A stretch of DNA of 64,000 nt from Candidatus Limosilactobacillus intestinigallinarum (GCA_019117285.1 DXAA01000013.1:2373-66372); one strand, 5' to 3'; counted from the stretch's first letter, positions 31,918 to 42,077 are shown. Made by a program: numbers and translations. The notes: generated by a model not told the origin, from the sequence alone.

Positions 31918-32014
31918 TAGGCAGAATCCTTGGTATTTTACTGGGCAGATGGTACAGTTAAGACTATGAAAGTGCTATCATATAATCAGTTAAACGAGTA
32001 AAGGGGATTTCAAT

Positions 32015-32407
32015 ATGAAGTTAATTGTTACCGATGCCGCTAACCAGTGGTTCAAGGATGAGATGGATCTAAAGCCGGGGGATGGGATCAAGTTTTACGG
32101 CAAGGTTTACGGACGCACGGAGGTCCATCATGGCTTTTCCCAGGCCTTTGCCAAGGATAACCACCCGATCGACCCCGTATTGGAGGTGGTCAAGGACGGA
32201 ATCAACTACCACGTCAACGAGGTTGATGAGTGGTTCTTCACCCGCCTGATCACGACCGTCGACGCCAATGACGACGGCCCGGTCTTCCACTTCCAGCACG
32301 AGGACGGGGACGAGGCGCCGGACGTCGCGGGTTTGACCAGCGACCAGGACGACCACGCCGACAACCAGGCGGACGCCTCGACCGGGGCCTCCCGGCACGA
32401 GGGCTAA
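32015..32407 (+). CDS. HesB/YadR/YfhF-family (YneR-like) protein
   Basis: MKLIVTDAANQWFKDEM, KFYGKVYG, GFS, DEWFF; no Cys; acidic tail. Confidence 0.75.
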   Translation: MKLIVTDAANQWFKDEMDLKPGDGIKFYGKVYGRTEVHHGFSQAFAKDNHPIDPVLEVVKDGINYHVNEVDEWFFTRLITTVDANDDGPVFHFQHEDGDEAPDVAGLTSDQDDHADNQADASTGASRHEG

Positions 32408-32427
32408 CCAAACCGTTTTAAAACGCT

Positions 32428-32467
32428 AAACAGCCACCCAGGAAAACTCCTGGATGGCTGCTTTTTG
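32428..32467. terminator. Bidirectional terminator
   Basis: CAGCCACCCAGGA...TCCTGGATGGCTG-CTTTTT between convergent genes. Confidence 0.75.
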
Positions 32468-35068
32468 TTATTGCTGCCGCCGGACAAGGTAGCAGGTCAA
32501 GCTGAGGCTGATGACGGTGATAATTGTCCCGAGAATTAGGTATGGTGGCCGGTAGTAGAATTCGACCCGGTGCGTCCCGGTGGTAATTGGCAGGGCCATG
32601 AAGGTGCTGATCACGGTCCGCGGCTGGACCCGGTGACCGTCGACTTTGACGTGCCAACCCGTGGCCGCCGGGATAGTGGTCATCAAAGCCGCCTGACCGT
32701 GATGAATCTTGACCGTGCCCCGGATGCTGGTGGGGGTCGCCTGCTGGATTTTCAGTGGTGACTGACGAAGGGTCTTCAGGCTAGCATCAAAGGCCCGTTG
32801 GTTCAGCCGGTAAACGCTGACGTTTTGCAGCCAGACACTGGTCTTCTTCAGGCGGAAAGTGATGGTGACCGGCCGGCCCTTCTGGTGGTGGGCTAAGTTG
32901 ATCACCACGGTGTCGCGGTAGGTGTCGTACTGACTGAAGTCGCGACGGTTCAGACTGAGGCTAGCATTGTCCTTGACCTCGGGCCCGAGGGTGAGGTAGT
33001 AAGAATCGTTGGTCGGTGGGGTAAACTTCAGCTTGATGCTGGCTGGCTTCAACAGGTTCTGTTTGCGGAAGGTCGTCCCGGTGATCTGGTGGGCGGCCTG
33101 GACATTGTTGAAGCGGACGGCGGTGAAGTTCTGGACGTTAAACAGCGGCTGGTTAATCGGCCGCCCCGCCAGCGCCTGGAAGATCTGCGACTGGTAACTT
33201 AGCGGATCCAGGGTGGCCTTGCCCAACTGGAAGATTTCCGCGCTGGCCCCGAAGGCAATCGGTAGGGCGGTCGGGTTGTGCCGGCTGGCGATCATCCTGG
33301 TCTGACCGACCTTGGAAAGGTGGGCCCAGTCCGGCCGATAACCGGAGAGCGGCATGATCTGGTCGCCGTCTTCGACTCCATGATGGCGGGTGGTCATCGT
33401 GTACTTGAAGCCGAGGAGGGCGTCACTGACCTGGGTCCCGTTGGCATAGCTGACGAAACCATCCCCGGCCGGCTGACCGATCGCCCCCATGAAGGCCGGA
33501 ATCGGTGGCTCCAGGGTGGAACCAAAGTGGTCGGCGGAGTAGAAGTCCCCCTGCATCGGGTCGTCCTTGGTCCGCATGAAGGTCTTGGCTACCCGGTAGA
33601 AGCCCGGGTCGTGGTGCTTCAGCTGGCGGCTGGCGGTGTCGAGCTGTTGGGTGTACTTACCGAACTCGGCCTGGGAGACGTAGGCGATCTTATTGAGGCT
33701 GGTGAAGGCGGCGGTCCCCACGTCACAGGCCACAATCAGAATGATCAGGAAGTCGTACAGGTGGGGGGAATTGCGCCGGGCAATCATCAGGACTGCCAGG
33801 GAGACCAGCACGAAGCCCAGCCCGATCAGACGCTGACTGGTGGAAAGATAGGAAAGCTTCAGCCGGCCGGTCAGCCAGCAGATGACGCCGCTGAGCACCA
33901 GGATCGCCAGGGCCCCGGGCCACTTAAGCTGGTAGTCAGGCTGGAGGACCCGGGCAGCGAGCAGGATGCACCAGAAGGCGAAGACAAATGAGAACCGGTA
34001 GGGGTACCAGACCGGAAACTGGCCGGCATGCCAGAGGAGGTCTAAGGGTTCATAGCAAAACGATAGGATCAGGAAGGCCGTGACCAGGCCGGCGACGAGC
34101 CGCTGGGACCAGCTGATACGCCGGGAGAAGAAGTACAGCCCGGCCCCGATGATCAGCAGCATGCCGATGTAGATGTTGGGCTGACCGCTGGGCATCTGGT
34201 TGAAGTCAAAGGATCCCGGAACCAGCTTGCCGAGCATCTTGAGCGGCTGGTACTCGAACTTATTGTTAATTACGGTGGTGGTGTAGGTCCCCTTGCTGGT
34301 CGTCAGGGCGTAGATGGTCGGCATGAGGCTGATGGCCGCGATCCCGGCACTAGCCAGGGAACTGGCCAGGTAAACCCCACTGGCCGTCAGCCGGGCCCGC
34401 CAGTCAGCCAAGGTCGGCAGCTGCCAGGCGACGACCAGGATGGTAAACAGGCAGATCATCCAGGCCATGTAATAGTTGTCGATCATCATGACCGCCAGCC
34501 AGGCGATGTAGGTGCCGGGCCGGCCCGCATGGAGCAGGCGCAATAGGCCCCAGATAATCAGGGGGAGGATGATCAGGGCGTCCAGCCAGATCATGTTGAG
34601 CTGGTTGGCGATCATCCACCCGTTGAGCGCGTAAGCCGTGCTGAAGGCCCAGATCCGCCAACCGGCCTGGAGCCGGGTCTTGATGAGTAGCCAGGCCATG
34701 GTCAACCCAGCCAGCCCGTAGCGGATGAGGGTGAGGGCCATCACCCCACTGGTCAACCACTTGCCAGGGAAGAAGAGCAGCAGGAGGTTGAGGGGACTGA
34801 AGAGGTAGTAGGCATTGGTCCCCAGCATCTCGCCCCCCAGTCCCTTACTAAAGGAGTAGAAGAGGGCACTGGGGTGGTGGAGGATCATGTTGCGAAAGTA
34901 GGCGAAGAAATCAATGTACTGTTGACCCAGGTCGACCGTCAGCAGGCTACTCGGGCCAAAGGGGGCCATCTGCCGGTAGGCAAAGTAGGCCCCCATTAAA
35001 ATGACCGGGATCAGGAAGCTCCCCGTCAAGATCAGTGTGTTCTGTTTTTTTTCATTCTGGCGATTCAC
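32468..35068 (-). CDS. YfhO family membrane protein (putative GT-C glycosyltransferase)
   Basis: DLGQQY, LGGEM, YYLFSPLN, NYYMAWM, YRFSF, TTIP...GW, G.H.V...Y.PP. GTG start at 35068 is inferred from the SD; an ATG at 35086 is possible. Confidence 0.88.
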   Translation of the reverse strand: MNRQNEKKQNTLILTGSFLIPVILMGAYFAYRQMAPFGPSSLLTVDLGQQYIDFFAYFRNMILHHPSALFYSFSKGLGGEMLGTNAYYLFSPLNLLLLFFPGKWLTSGVMALTLIRYGLAGLTMAWLLIKTRLQAGWRIWAFSTAYALNGWMIANQLNMIWLDALIILPLIIWGLLRLLHAGRPGTYIAWLAVMMIDNYYMAWMICLFTILVVAWQLPTLADWRARLTASGVYLASSLASAGIAAISLMPTIYALTTSKGTYTTTVINNKFEYQPLKMLGKLVPGSFDFNQMPSGQPNIYIGMLLIIGAGLYFFSRRISWSQRLVAGLVTAFLILSFCYEPLDLLWHAGQFPVWYPYRFSFVFAFWCILLAARVLQPDYQLKWPGALAILVLSGVICWLTGRLKLSYLSTSQRLIGLGFVLVSLAVLMIARRNSPHLYDFLIILIVACDVGTAAFTSLNKIAYVSQAEFGKYTQQLDTASRQLKHHDPGFYRVAKTFMRTKDDPMQGDFYSADHFGSTLEPPIPAFMGAIGQPAGDGFVSYANGTQVSDALLGFKYTMTTRHHGVEDGDQIMPLSGYRPDWAHLSKVGQTRMIASRHNPTALPIAFGASAEIFQLGKATLDPLSYQSQIFQALAGRPINQPLFNVQNFTAVRFNNVQAAHQITGTTFRKQNLLKPASIKLKFTPPTNDSYYLTLGPEVKDNASLSLNRRDFSQYDTYRDTVVINLAHHQKGRPVTITFRLKKTSVWLQNVSVYRLNQRAFDASLKTLRQSPLKIQQATPTSIRGTVKIHHGQAALMTTIPAATGWHVKVDGHRVQPRTVISTFMALPITTGTHRVEFYYRPPYLILGTIITVISLSLTCYLVRRQQ

Positions 35069-35290
35069 AAAAAGGTTCCTTCCCATATTGTTGTTGCTGA
35101 ATATTATATAACGATCCGGGGGACGAAGTCGTCACTCAAGAATTAAATTTAAGTAAATCATGGTGGTTTGGTGTTCATTTTTTCATAAATAAAGAGTATT
35201 ATTTTTAAGTTAGTAGTGGAGGGCCGTCTGCGCCCACCGATAAAGTTTGGTAAAATAATAATCACTACAATGAAGGAGAATTTAGATCCT

Positions 35291-37375
35291 GTGAAAGTCT
35301 TTGATCGAATAAAGAGCTTATTTAATTCGCAAAATCGTAAGAAGCGCAGTGCCCAATCGGTGATCCCATTCCGGCTGAACTTCTTGCTGTGGGTCGTCGG
35401 GATCCTCTTGCTGGCCCTGACGGTTCGGCTGTTCTACCTGCAGGTACTGAACGGGACCGCCTATAAGGCCGAGGTCAAGCGATCCGATACCTCGATTCAG
35501 ACCAACAACGTCCAGCGGGGGATGATCTATGACTCGCAGGGCAAGGTCATGGTCGGCAACCAGACCCACCAGGCGATCACCTACACCAAGGGGTCCAACG
35601 TGACGACGGCTGATCTCTACAAGATCGCCAACCGGCTGGGCCGCTATGTGACGGTGACCAACAAGAACTCCCGCCTGACCGACCGGAACGAGGAGGACTA
35701 CTACCTGGCCGATAAGGGGCGGTTGAACAGTATCCTCAAGCACGTCAAGACCAGCAGTGACGACAGCGAGGATGACAAGTACAACAAGGCCTTGGACTAC
35801 CTGAACAGTCACCCCGATGCCTGGCACCTGACTAGTCAGCAGAAGAACAATGCCCGCATCTATGCGGCGATGAGTGGGGCCTACTCCCTGTCAACGACCT
35901 ACATCAAGGAGACCGGGGTGACCTCCGGTGAACTGGCGGCCGTTGGGGAACACCTCAGTGAGATGCCCGGGGTCAAGATCGGGACGGCCTGGACCCGGAA
36001 CTATCCGCAGGGTAAGGACATCCAGAGTCTGACCGGGACGGTTTCGACGACTGGGTTGCCAAGTGACCAGGTCAACAGCCTGCTCTCGCAAGGGTACTCG
36101 CGAAACGATAGCGTCGGTCAGAGTTACCTTGAAAAGGAATACCAGGCCACCTTGGCCGGGTCCAAGTCCCAGACCGAGGTCACCACGAACAACAACAGTG
36201 TGACCAAGGAAGTCATGAAGTACCCAGGTAAGAAGGGGGATAACCTGGTCCTGACCATCAACTCCAAGTTCCAGAACCGGGTCCAGGAGATCCTTAAGAA
36301 TAACTATGCTTCAGCGGGGAATGAATATTCGACCGGGGTTTACGCCGTCGTCATGAACCCCCACACCGGAGCAGTTCTGGCGATGGCCGGGATCGATCGG
36401 GATCCGGCAACCGGGAAGGAGACCCCCGACGAGATCGGGGCAATCAACCACCCGATCACCATGGGGTCCGTTGTCAAGCCGGCCACGATCATGGGGGCCC
36501 TGATGGATGGCGTCATCACGCCAAGCAACAACACCCTGGTCGACCAGCCGATTAAGGTGGCCGGGACCTCCTCCAAGGGTTCCTGGTTTAACCACGGTGG
36601 TTCGGCCAACATGTCACTGGATGCCCCGACCGCCCTCGAGGTTTCCTCGAACTCCTACATGATGCAGCTAGCCATGAAGGAGGGGGGCATGAAGTACAGC
36701 CCGAACACCCAGATGACGTTGAAGCCAAGCATCTTCGCCAAGGAGCGGGGCTACTTCAACATGTTCGGCCTCGGGGTCAAGACCGGGATCGACCTGCCGG
36801 GTGAGACGGCCGGTTACAACGGGCCATCGGATCAGAAGCACATCGGTTCGGCACTTGACTTGGCCTACGGGAACTACGATGGGTACACCACCATCCAGCT
36901 GGCCCAGTACATGTCAACGATCGCCAACGGTGGCTACCGGATGCGGCCGTACGTTGTGCAGTCCATCCGGGGAACCCAGAAGAACGGTCAGCTGGGTAAG
37001 GTTGAATACACCACCCAGCCACAGGTTCAGGCCACGATTCCGGCTTCCAAGGCCGACTTCGACCTGGTAAGACGGGGGCTCTACCTGGTTACCCACGGGA
37101 CCAGTCCATACGTCACTGCCAAGTCTCTAGGGACGGTCAAACCATCCGTCTCCGGGAAGACCGGGACAGCCGAAACCTTCTACAAGAAGCACCCAACCGC
37201 CACGATCAGTTTCGCCGGTTATGCACCGTCTAACGATCCACAGGTGGTTGTGGCCCTGGCCATTCCTGGTTCTACCAACGAAAACGGTGGTGCCAACATC
37301 AACATGGCCAAGCAGATTTTCCAGGCCTACTGGAAGATGGTCCAGTCACCAAAGGGCTTTACGGACGGTGAATAG
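35291..37375 (+). CDS. Class B penicillin-binding protein (PBP2b-like)
   Basis: TM anchor, RGMIYD, SxxK (SVVK), SxN (SSN), KTG. Start uncertain: ATG 35270 or GTG 35291. Confidence 0.92.
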   Translation: MKVFDRIKSLFNSQNRKKRSAQSVIPFRLNFLLWVVGILLLALTVRLFYLQVLNGTAYKAEVKRSDTSIQTNNVQRGMIYDSQGKVMVGNQTHQAITYTKGSNVTTADLYKIANRLGRYVTVTNKNSRLTDRNEEDYYLADKGRLNSILKHVKTSSDDSEDDKYNKALDYLNSHPDAWHLTSQQKNNARIYAAMSGAYSLSTTYIKETGVTSGELAAVGEHLSEMPGVKIGTAWTRNYPQGKDIQSLTGTVSTTGLPSDQVNSLLSQGYSRNDSVGQSYLEKEYQATLAGSKSQTEVTTNNNSVTKEVMKYPGKKGDNLVLTINSKFQNRVQEILKNNYASAGNEYSTGVYAVVMNPHTGAVLAMAGIDRDPATGKETPDEIGAINHPITMGSVVKPATIMGALMDGVITPSNNTLVDQPIKVAGTSSKGSWFNHGGSANMSLDAPTALEVSSNSYMMQLAMKEGGMKYSPNTQMTLKPSIFAKERGYFNMFGLGVKTGIDLPGETAGYNGPSDQKHIGSALDLAYGNYDGYTTIQLAQYMSTIANGGYRMRPYVVQSIRGTQKNGQLGKVEYTTQPQVQATIPASKADFDLVRRGLYLVTHGTSPYVTAKSLGTVKPSVSGKTGTAETFYKKHPTATISFAGYAPSNDPQVVVALAIPGSTNENGGANINMAKQIFQAYWKMVQSPKGFTDGE

Positions 37376-37511
37376 TGAGCTGTCAAGGTAATTTCCTTAA
37401 CAAACTTTGCTAAATCACTAGCCAAACCAATTAATAAATGATATAGTTGTACGAGTTAGGGTTACGATAAATAACCAATTAAGATCAAATAAAGTTTGGA
37501 GGTTATAACTC

Positions 37512-37661
37512 ATGCGTGTCAACATTACCCTTGAATGCACTTCATGCCACGAGCGGACTTACTTAACCAGCAAGAACCGTCGTCACAATCCCGACCGGCT
37601 TGAATTAAAGAAATACTGCCCACGGGAACGCAAGGTGACATTACACCGCGAAACTAAGTAA
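37512..37661 (+). CDS. rpmG: 50S ribosomal protein L33 (49 aa, absent from the ORF track)
   Basis: Translated by hand: [49 protein letters not shown]; GGAGG SD. Confidence 0.97.
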   Translation: MRVNITLECTSCHERTYLTSKNRRHNPDRLELKKYCPRERKVTLHRETK

Positions 37662-37678
37662 TGTTTGCTTAGTTTATC

Positions 37679-37716
37679 AAACCAGTCAATTGCTTTTGCA
37701 ATTGCTGGTTTTTTTA
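37679..37716 (+). terminator. Intrinsic terminator after rpmG
   Basis: AAACCAGTCAATTGC-TTTT-GCAATTGCTGGTTTTTTT. Confidence 0.8.
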
Positions 37717-37853
37717 TTCATTGGAAAGTGACGTTAGGTAAATGCTTTTAACCACCCGTCCGCCGAAAAAACGCTTGCAATATGGAGGGCGACCTGTAAT
37801 AATGTATTCTTGTAACCGTTTATCATTATGTATAAAGGGGAGATTTGAGAATA

Positions 37854-38408
37854 ATGACGTATTCCAAGAATGAGTTGCGGCAGGCCTACATTGCCCGTCT
37901 GCAGCAGCTAGATCTTAATACGCGTCTTAGCGAGGAGAAACGTCTAACTTCAATGCTTTTCAACCAACCCGAGTGGATGCGTGCCAAGGTGGTAGCGCTG
38001 ACCCTCAGCCAATCGTTTGAAATCGACACGGCCCCGATCCTCCTGCATGCCCGTCACGAGGGACGGACGGTGGTGGTACCCCGGACCCTACCCAAGCATC
38101 AGATGGAGTTTGTTGAGATTACGGAGAGCACTAACTTCGTGGAGAGCTCCTTTGGGGTCCTCGAACCGGCAGACGGCCGAGTGTTTAGCCCGGACGAGAT
38201 TGACCTGATGGTGGTGCCGGGCGTGGCCTTCACCACGGATGGCCACCGGCTTGGCTTTGGGGGCGGCTACTATGACCGCTACCTGAGCAAGTACCATGGA
38301 GACACGATCTCCCTGGCTCTGCCAACCCAGCTGGCCACGGACGGTGAATGGCAGGCCGACGAGTATGACCAGCACGTTGCTAAGGTATTGACCTTAGCGG
38401 AGTGTTAA
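37854..38408 (+). CDS. 5-formyltetrahydrofolate cyclo-ligase
   Basis: KNELRQ, EIDT, FGVLEP, VPGVAF...RLGFGGGYYDRYL. Confidence 0.94.
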   Translation: MTYSKNELRQAYIARLQQLDLNTRLSEEKRLTSMLFNQPEWMRAKVVALTLSQSFEIDTAPILLHARHEGRTVVVPRTLPKHQMEFVEITESTNFVESSFGVLEPADGRVFSPDEIDLMVVPGVAFTTDGHRLGFGGGYYDRYLSKYHGDTISLALPTQLATDGEWQADEYDQHVAKVLTLAEC

Positions 38409-38411
38409 CCA

Positions 38412-39053
38412 ATGCGGTCACGTAGTTGGTCCCTGGCGCCGGTGACCATCACCCTGGTCGCCATCCAGGTGCTGGTGTACCTGGCCATGACCCTGGTCGG
38501 CGGTTCCACCAATTCGGCGGTGCTGGTGCCAGACCTCTTGCGGGCAGGCCAGTGGTGGCGGTTGATCACCCCGGTCTTTGTTCACATCGGTTTTACCCAC
38601 CTCTTGATCAACAGCTTGACCCTCTATTTTCTGGGCCTCTACATTGAGCAGCTGTTTGGTCACTGGCGGATGGTGGTCATCTACTTTGTCAGTGCCATCG
38701 TTGGTAACCTCTGCAGTGCCTACTGGCTGGCTGGCAGCCTGGCCGCTGGGGCCAGCACGGCGATCTTTGGCCTGTTTGGCGCCTTCCTGATGCTGGGTGA
38801 GTCCTTCCGGGACAACCTGGCGATTCGCCAGCTCAGCCGGCAGTTTCTCATCCTGGTCCTGCTAAACGTCGGCACCGACCTGCTGGTGCCGGGGATCGAC
38901 CTGGCGGGGCACATCGGTGGTCTGGTCGGGGGCTTTTTGATGGCGTACGTCGTCGGGGCGCCCAAGCTAGGCCCGGTGGCGCCGGCCAAGCGCTGGCTGA
39001 GTGCCACCATGCTGGTGGTTGGGATCCTGGTGCTGATTTGGGAAGTGAGCTGA
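38412..39053 (+). CDS. Rhomboid intramembrane serine protease
   Basis: WWRLITPVFVH, HLLIN, GAS catalytic Ser, GHIGGL catalytic His. Confidence 0.92.
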   Translation: MRSRSWSLAPVTITLVAIQVLVYLAMTLVGGSTNSAVLVPDLLRAGQWWRLITPVFVHIGFTHLLINSLTLYFLGLYIEQLFGHWRMVVIYFVSAIVGNLCSAYWLAGSLAAGASTAIFGLFGAFLMLGESFRDNLAIRQLSRQFLILVLLNVGTDLLVPGIDLAGHIGGLVGGFLMAYVVGAPKLGPVAPAKRWLSATMLVVGILVLIWEVS

Positions 39054-39059
39054 TTTAGG

Positions 39060-39299
39060 ATGACAATGGTACCGCGCGATTTTAGGACGTTATATGATGT
39101 TCAGCAGTTGCTCAAGGAGTTCAACGTGTTTGTCTACGTCGGTAAGCGTCTCTACGACATTGAACTGATGGCAATCGAGCTCGACAATCTCTACCAGTCG
39201 GGGGTCGTTGACCGGTCAACTTACATGAAGGCCAAGATTGTCCTGCGCAAGGAACATCGTGAAGAATTGAAACGAGAGCAAACGGGGAAACTGTATTAA
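39060..39299 (+). CDS. YqgQ/DUF910 family protein
   Basis: TLYDVQQLLK.F...VY.G.RL.DIELM; upstream of glcK. Confidence 0.88.
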   Translation: MTMVPRDFRTLYDVQQLLKEFNVFVYVGKRLYDIELMAIELDNLYQSGVVDRSTYMKAKIVLRKEHREELKREQTGKLY

Positions 39300-39319
39300 T
39301 CCCCAGGAAAGGAATTATT

Positions 39320-40291
39320 ATGGCAAACAAGAAATTATTTGGTGTTGATCTTGGTGGGACGACCATCAAGTTTGCAATTTTGACGGAAAACGGTGAGATT
39401 CAACAAAAGTGGTCGATTCGGACCAACATCCTGGATGAGGGTTCCCACATTGTCCCTGACATCATTGAATCCATCAACCACCACCTGGACCTCTACAAGA
39501 TGGACAAGGACCAGTTCATCGGGATCGGGATGGGGACCCCCGGAACGATCGACCGGGACAAGGGGACCGTGGTCGGTGCCTACAACCTGAACTGGAAGAC
39601 GACCCAAAACGTCAAGGAAGCCATCGAAGCCGGTACGGGGATGAAGTTTGCCCTCGATAACGATGCCAACGTGGCTGGCCTTGGTGAACGCTGGAAGGGT
39701 GCCGGTAACGAAGGTGACGACGTGGCCTTTATCACCCTGGGTACCGGTGTCGGCGGTGGGATCATCGCCAACGGCAAACTGGTTCACGGGCTGGTCGGTG
39801 CCGGTGGTGAGGTCGGCCACATGATCGTTCAACCAGACGGCTACCTTTGCACCTGTGGGAACCGCGGTTGCCTGGAACAATACGCATCCGCAACCGGGGT
39901 TGTACACATTGCCCAGGATAAGGCCGAGGAATACGAAGGCTCCAGCCGGCTGAAGGCCATGATTGACAACGGGGACGAGATCACTTCCAAGATTGTCTTT
40001 GACCTAGCTAAGGAAAACGACTATCTGGCCAACAAGGTGGTCGATGAGGTTTGTCACTACCTGGGTCTGGCCTGCGCCAACCTGAGTAACATCCTCAACC
40101 CTGAGTTCGTGGTTATCGGTGGTGGGGTTTCCGCTGCCGGGGACTTCCTGCTCAAGCGGGTCAAGGCCAACTTTGAAAAGTACGCCTTCCCAACTGTTCG
40201 GACCTCAACCCAACTGAAGCTGGCCGAACTCGGTAACGACGCCGGGGTCATCGGTGCCGCTTCCCTGGCCCGGCAATTTGCTAACGAATAA
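39320..40291 (+). CDS. glcK: ROK family glucokinase
   Basis: GVDLGGT, NDANVA, TLGTGVGGG, GEVGH, CTCGNRGCLE. Confidence 0.96.
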   Translation: MANKKLFGVDLGGTTIKFAILTENGEIQQKWSIRTNILDEGSHIVPDIIESINHHLDLYKMDKDQFIGIGMGTPGTIDRDKGTVVGAYNLNWKTTQNVKEAIEAGTGMKFALDNDANVAGLGERWKGAGNEGDDVAFITLGTGVGGGIIANGKLVHGLVGAGGEVGHMIVQPDGYLCTCGNRGCLEQYASATGVVHIAQDKAEEYEGSSRLKAMIDNGDEITSKIVFDLAKENDYLANKVVDEVCHYLGLACANLSNILNPEFVVIGGGVSAAGDFLLKRVKANFEKYAFPTVRTSTQLKLAELGNDAGVIGAASLARQFANE

Positions 40292-40309
40292 TAGCGAGGC
40301 GAAGCGATC

Positions 40310-40723
40310 GTGATTTTAGGAGTTAGTCAAGGATTATTAATCTTCAACACCGTTATTGTCATCTTGCTCTTGGCCTGGCTATTGACCTGGTGCTTCCAAT
40401 ACTGGCGGCGTAACCACTACGCCACCGTCTTGGACCAGGAGGAATTCCAGAAGGGGATCCGCAAGGCCCAGGTGATCGACCTGCGCCAGGAAAACGAGTT
40501 CAAGGCCGGTCACATCCTCGGGGCTCGGAACCTGCCGTATGTTTACCTGCGTCAGCAGTATGGCGAACTGCGGCCAGACCTGCCCGTCTACATGTACGAC
40601 CAGGGGATGGCCATCAGTACCCAGGCAGCCGCATTCCTGGGGAAGCACGGCTACCACAAGCTGTACATCCTCAAGGGTGGTTACAACGACTGGGATGGTA
40701 AGACCAAGAAGGCCAAGTACTAA
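40310..40723 (+). CDS. Rhodanese-like domain protein
   Basis: N-terminal TM, IDLR, GHILGARN, LKGGY..W; no catalytic Cys apparent. Confidence 0.88.
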   Translation: MILGVSQGLLIFNTVIVILLLAWLLTWCFQYWRRNHYATVLDQEEFQKGIRKAQVIDLRQENEFKAGHILGARNLPYVYLRQQYGELRPDLPVYMYDQGMAISTQAAAFLGKHGYHKLYILKGGYNDWDGKTKKAKY

Positions 40724-40730
40724 AACAAAC

Positions 40731-40771
40731 AAAAAACAGGAGATTGCGTGTGAAAGGCAACCTCCTGTTTT
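40731..40771. terminator. Bidirectional terminator
   Basis: AAAACAGGAGATTGC...GCAACCTCCTGTTTT. Confidence 0.75.
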
Positions 40772-40784
40772 ATTATTGACGTGA

Positions 40785-40961
40785 TTAGATCTGGTGAGCG
40801 GAACGACCCTTACGGATGGCCGCCTTCCGGTTCTCGTCAAATTTTTCTTCTTGTTCTTCGACCGGCTTGATGACGTTCTTGTGGAAGGTCAGGGCTGCGC
40901 CGGCCAGTGCGGCGATGGTTGAAGCAGCACCGATGAAGATACCCTTAGTGAATTGTTTCAT
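40785..40961 (-). CDS. DUF3042-like small membrane protein (58 aa, absent from the ORF track)
   Basis: Translated by hand: MKQFTKGIFIGAASTIAALAGAALTFHKNVIKPVEEQEEKFDENRKAAIRKGRSAHQI; AAGGAGG SD; divergent from miaA. Confidence 0.85.
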   Translation of the reverse strand: MKQFTKGIFIGAASTIAALAGAALTFHKNVIKPVEEQEEKFDENRKAAIRKGRSAHQI

Positions 40962-41076
40962 AACACAGTTCCTCCTTTAGTTATTAACTTAATTCTATTA
41001 TGATTGACTTAGGTATGATTTACCAGTGATTTACGCTAAATTTTGCGATAATTTATGAATTGTGGGAGAAAGAAAA

Positions 41077-42000
41077 ATGACGAAAATAGTTGCAATTGTG
41101 GGCCCAACCGCCGTGGGTAAGACGGCCCTGTCGATTGAGGTTGCCAAACGCTTTAGCGGGGAGGTGATCTCGGGGGATTCGATGCAGGTCTACCGGCACC
41201 TCGACATCGGGACGGCCAAGATCACCCCGGATGAGATGGCCGGGGTCCCACACCACTTGATCGACATCTGTGACGTTACCCAACGCTACTCGGCCGCCAT
41301 GTTCAAGCAGCAGGCCAATGCGGCGATTACGGATATTGCTGGCCGGGGCCACCTGCCCCTGGTGGTCGGCGGGACCGGTTTCTACCTCCAGACCTTGACT
41401 AACAACCTCGCCCTGGGCCAGGACCACTTCGACGACCGGTCAGCCCAGATCCGCCAGCACTGGCACCAACTGGCAAGGGAACGGGGGGCCGATTACGTGC
41501 GTCACCGCCTCGCCGAAGTGGACCCAGTGGCCGAACAGCACATCGAGGCGGGAAACCTGCGCCGGGTGATCCGGGCCCTGGAGGTGATCGAGAAGACCGG
41601 CCACCGCTTCTCCGACCAGCCCCACCAGGCCAGCTCCGACGACTACCTGCTGATTGGGCTGACCACCGATCGTCCCGTCCTATACGACCGGATCAATCGT
41701 CGGGTCGACCTGATGGTCAAGGCGGGCCTGGTCGATGAGGCCCGCTGGCTCTATGATCACGGTGGCGCGGCCCTGCCGGCGGGGAAGGGGATCGGCTACC
41801 ATGAGTTCTACCCTTACTTCGCCGGGGAATGCGACCTGGCTACGGCGATCCGCAAGGTCAAGCAGGACTCCCGCCACTATGCCAAGCGCCAGCTGACCTG
41901 GTTCCGCAACAAGATGGACGTCCACTGGTTCGACCTGGTCAGTGGCCGGAATGCGCCTGAACAAATTAACGAATTGATCCAGTCGTGGTTAATTAAGTAA
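41077..42000 (+). CDS. miaA: tRNA dimethylallyltransferase
   Basis: GPTAVGKT, DSMQVY...IGTAK, GGTGFY, YAKRQLTWF. Confidence 0.98.
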   Translation: MTKIVAIVGPTAVGKTALSIEVAKRFSGEVISGDSMQVYRHLDIGTAKITPDEMAGVPHHLIDICDVTQRYSAAMFKQQANAAITDIAGRGHLPLVVGGTGFYLQTLTNNLALGQDHFDDRSAQIRQHWHQLARERGADYVRHRLAEVDPVAEQHIEAGNLRRVIRALEVIEKTGHRFSDQPHQASSDDYLLIGLTTDRPVLYDRINRRVDLMVKAGLVDEARWLYDHGGAALPAGKGIGYHEFYPYFAGECDLATAIRKVKQDSRHYAKRQLTWFRNKMDVHWFDLVSGRNAPEQINELIQSWLIK

Positions 42001-42048
42001 AGTCTGCCAAGCGAAAAGATTTCAATTATCTTAAAGTTTTGATATCAA

Positions 42049-42077
42049 TTGACTTGTCCGGGGTGGATTGGTATCCT
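42049..42077 (+). promoter_or_regulatory. Probable glnA promoter
   Basis: TTGACT-17 bp-TATCCT with an extended TG; implies a 5' UTR of about 170 nt. Confidence 0.55.

Noticed and set aside
35041-35060. A8 tract near the yfhO 5' end as a phase-variation switch
   Set aside because: The frame is intact, the tract is short and it simply encodes Glu-Lys-Lys; no evidence of slippage.
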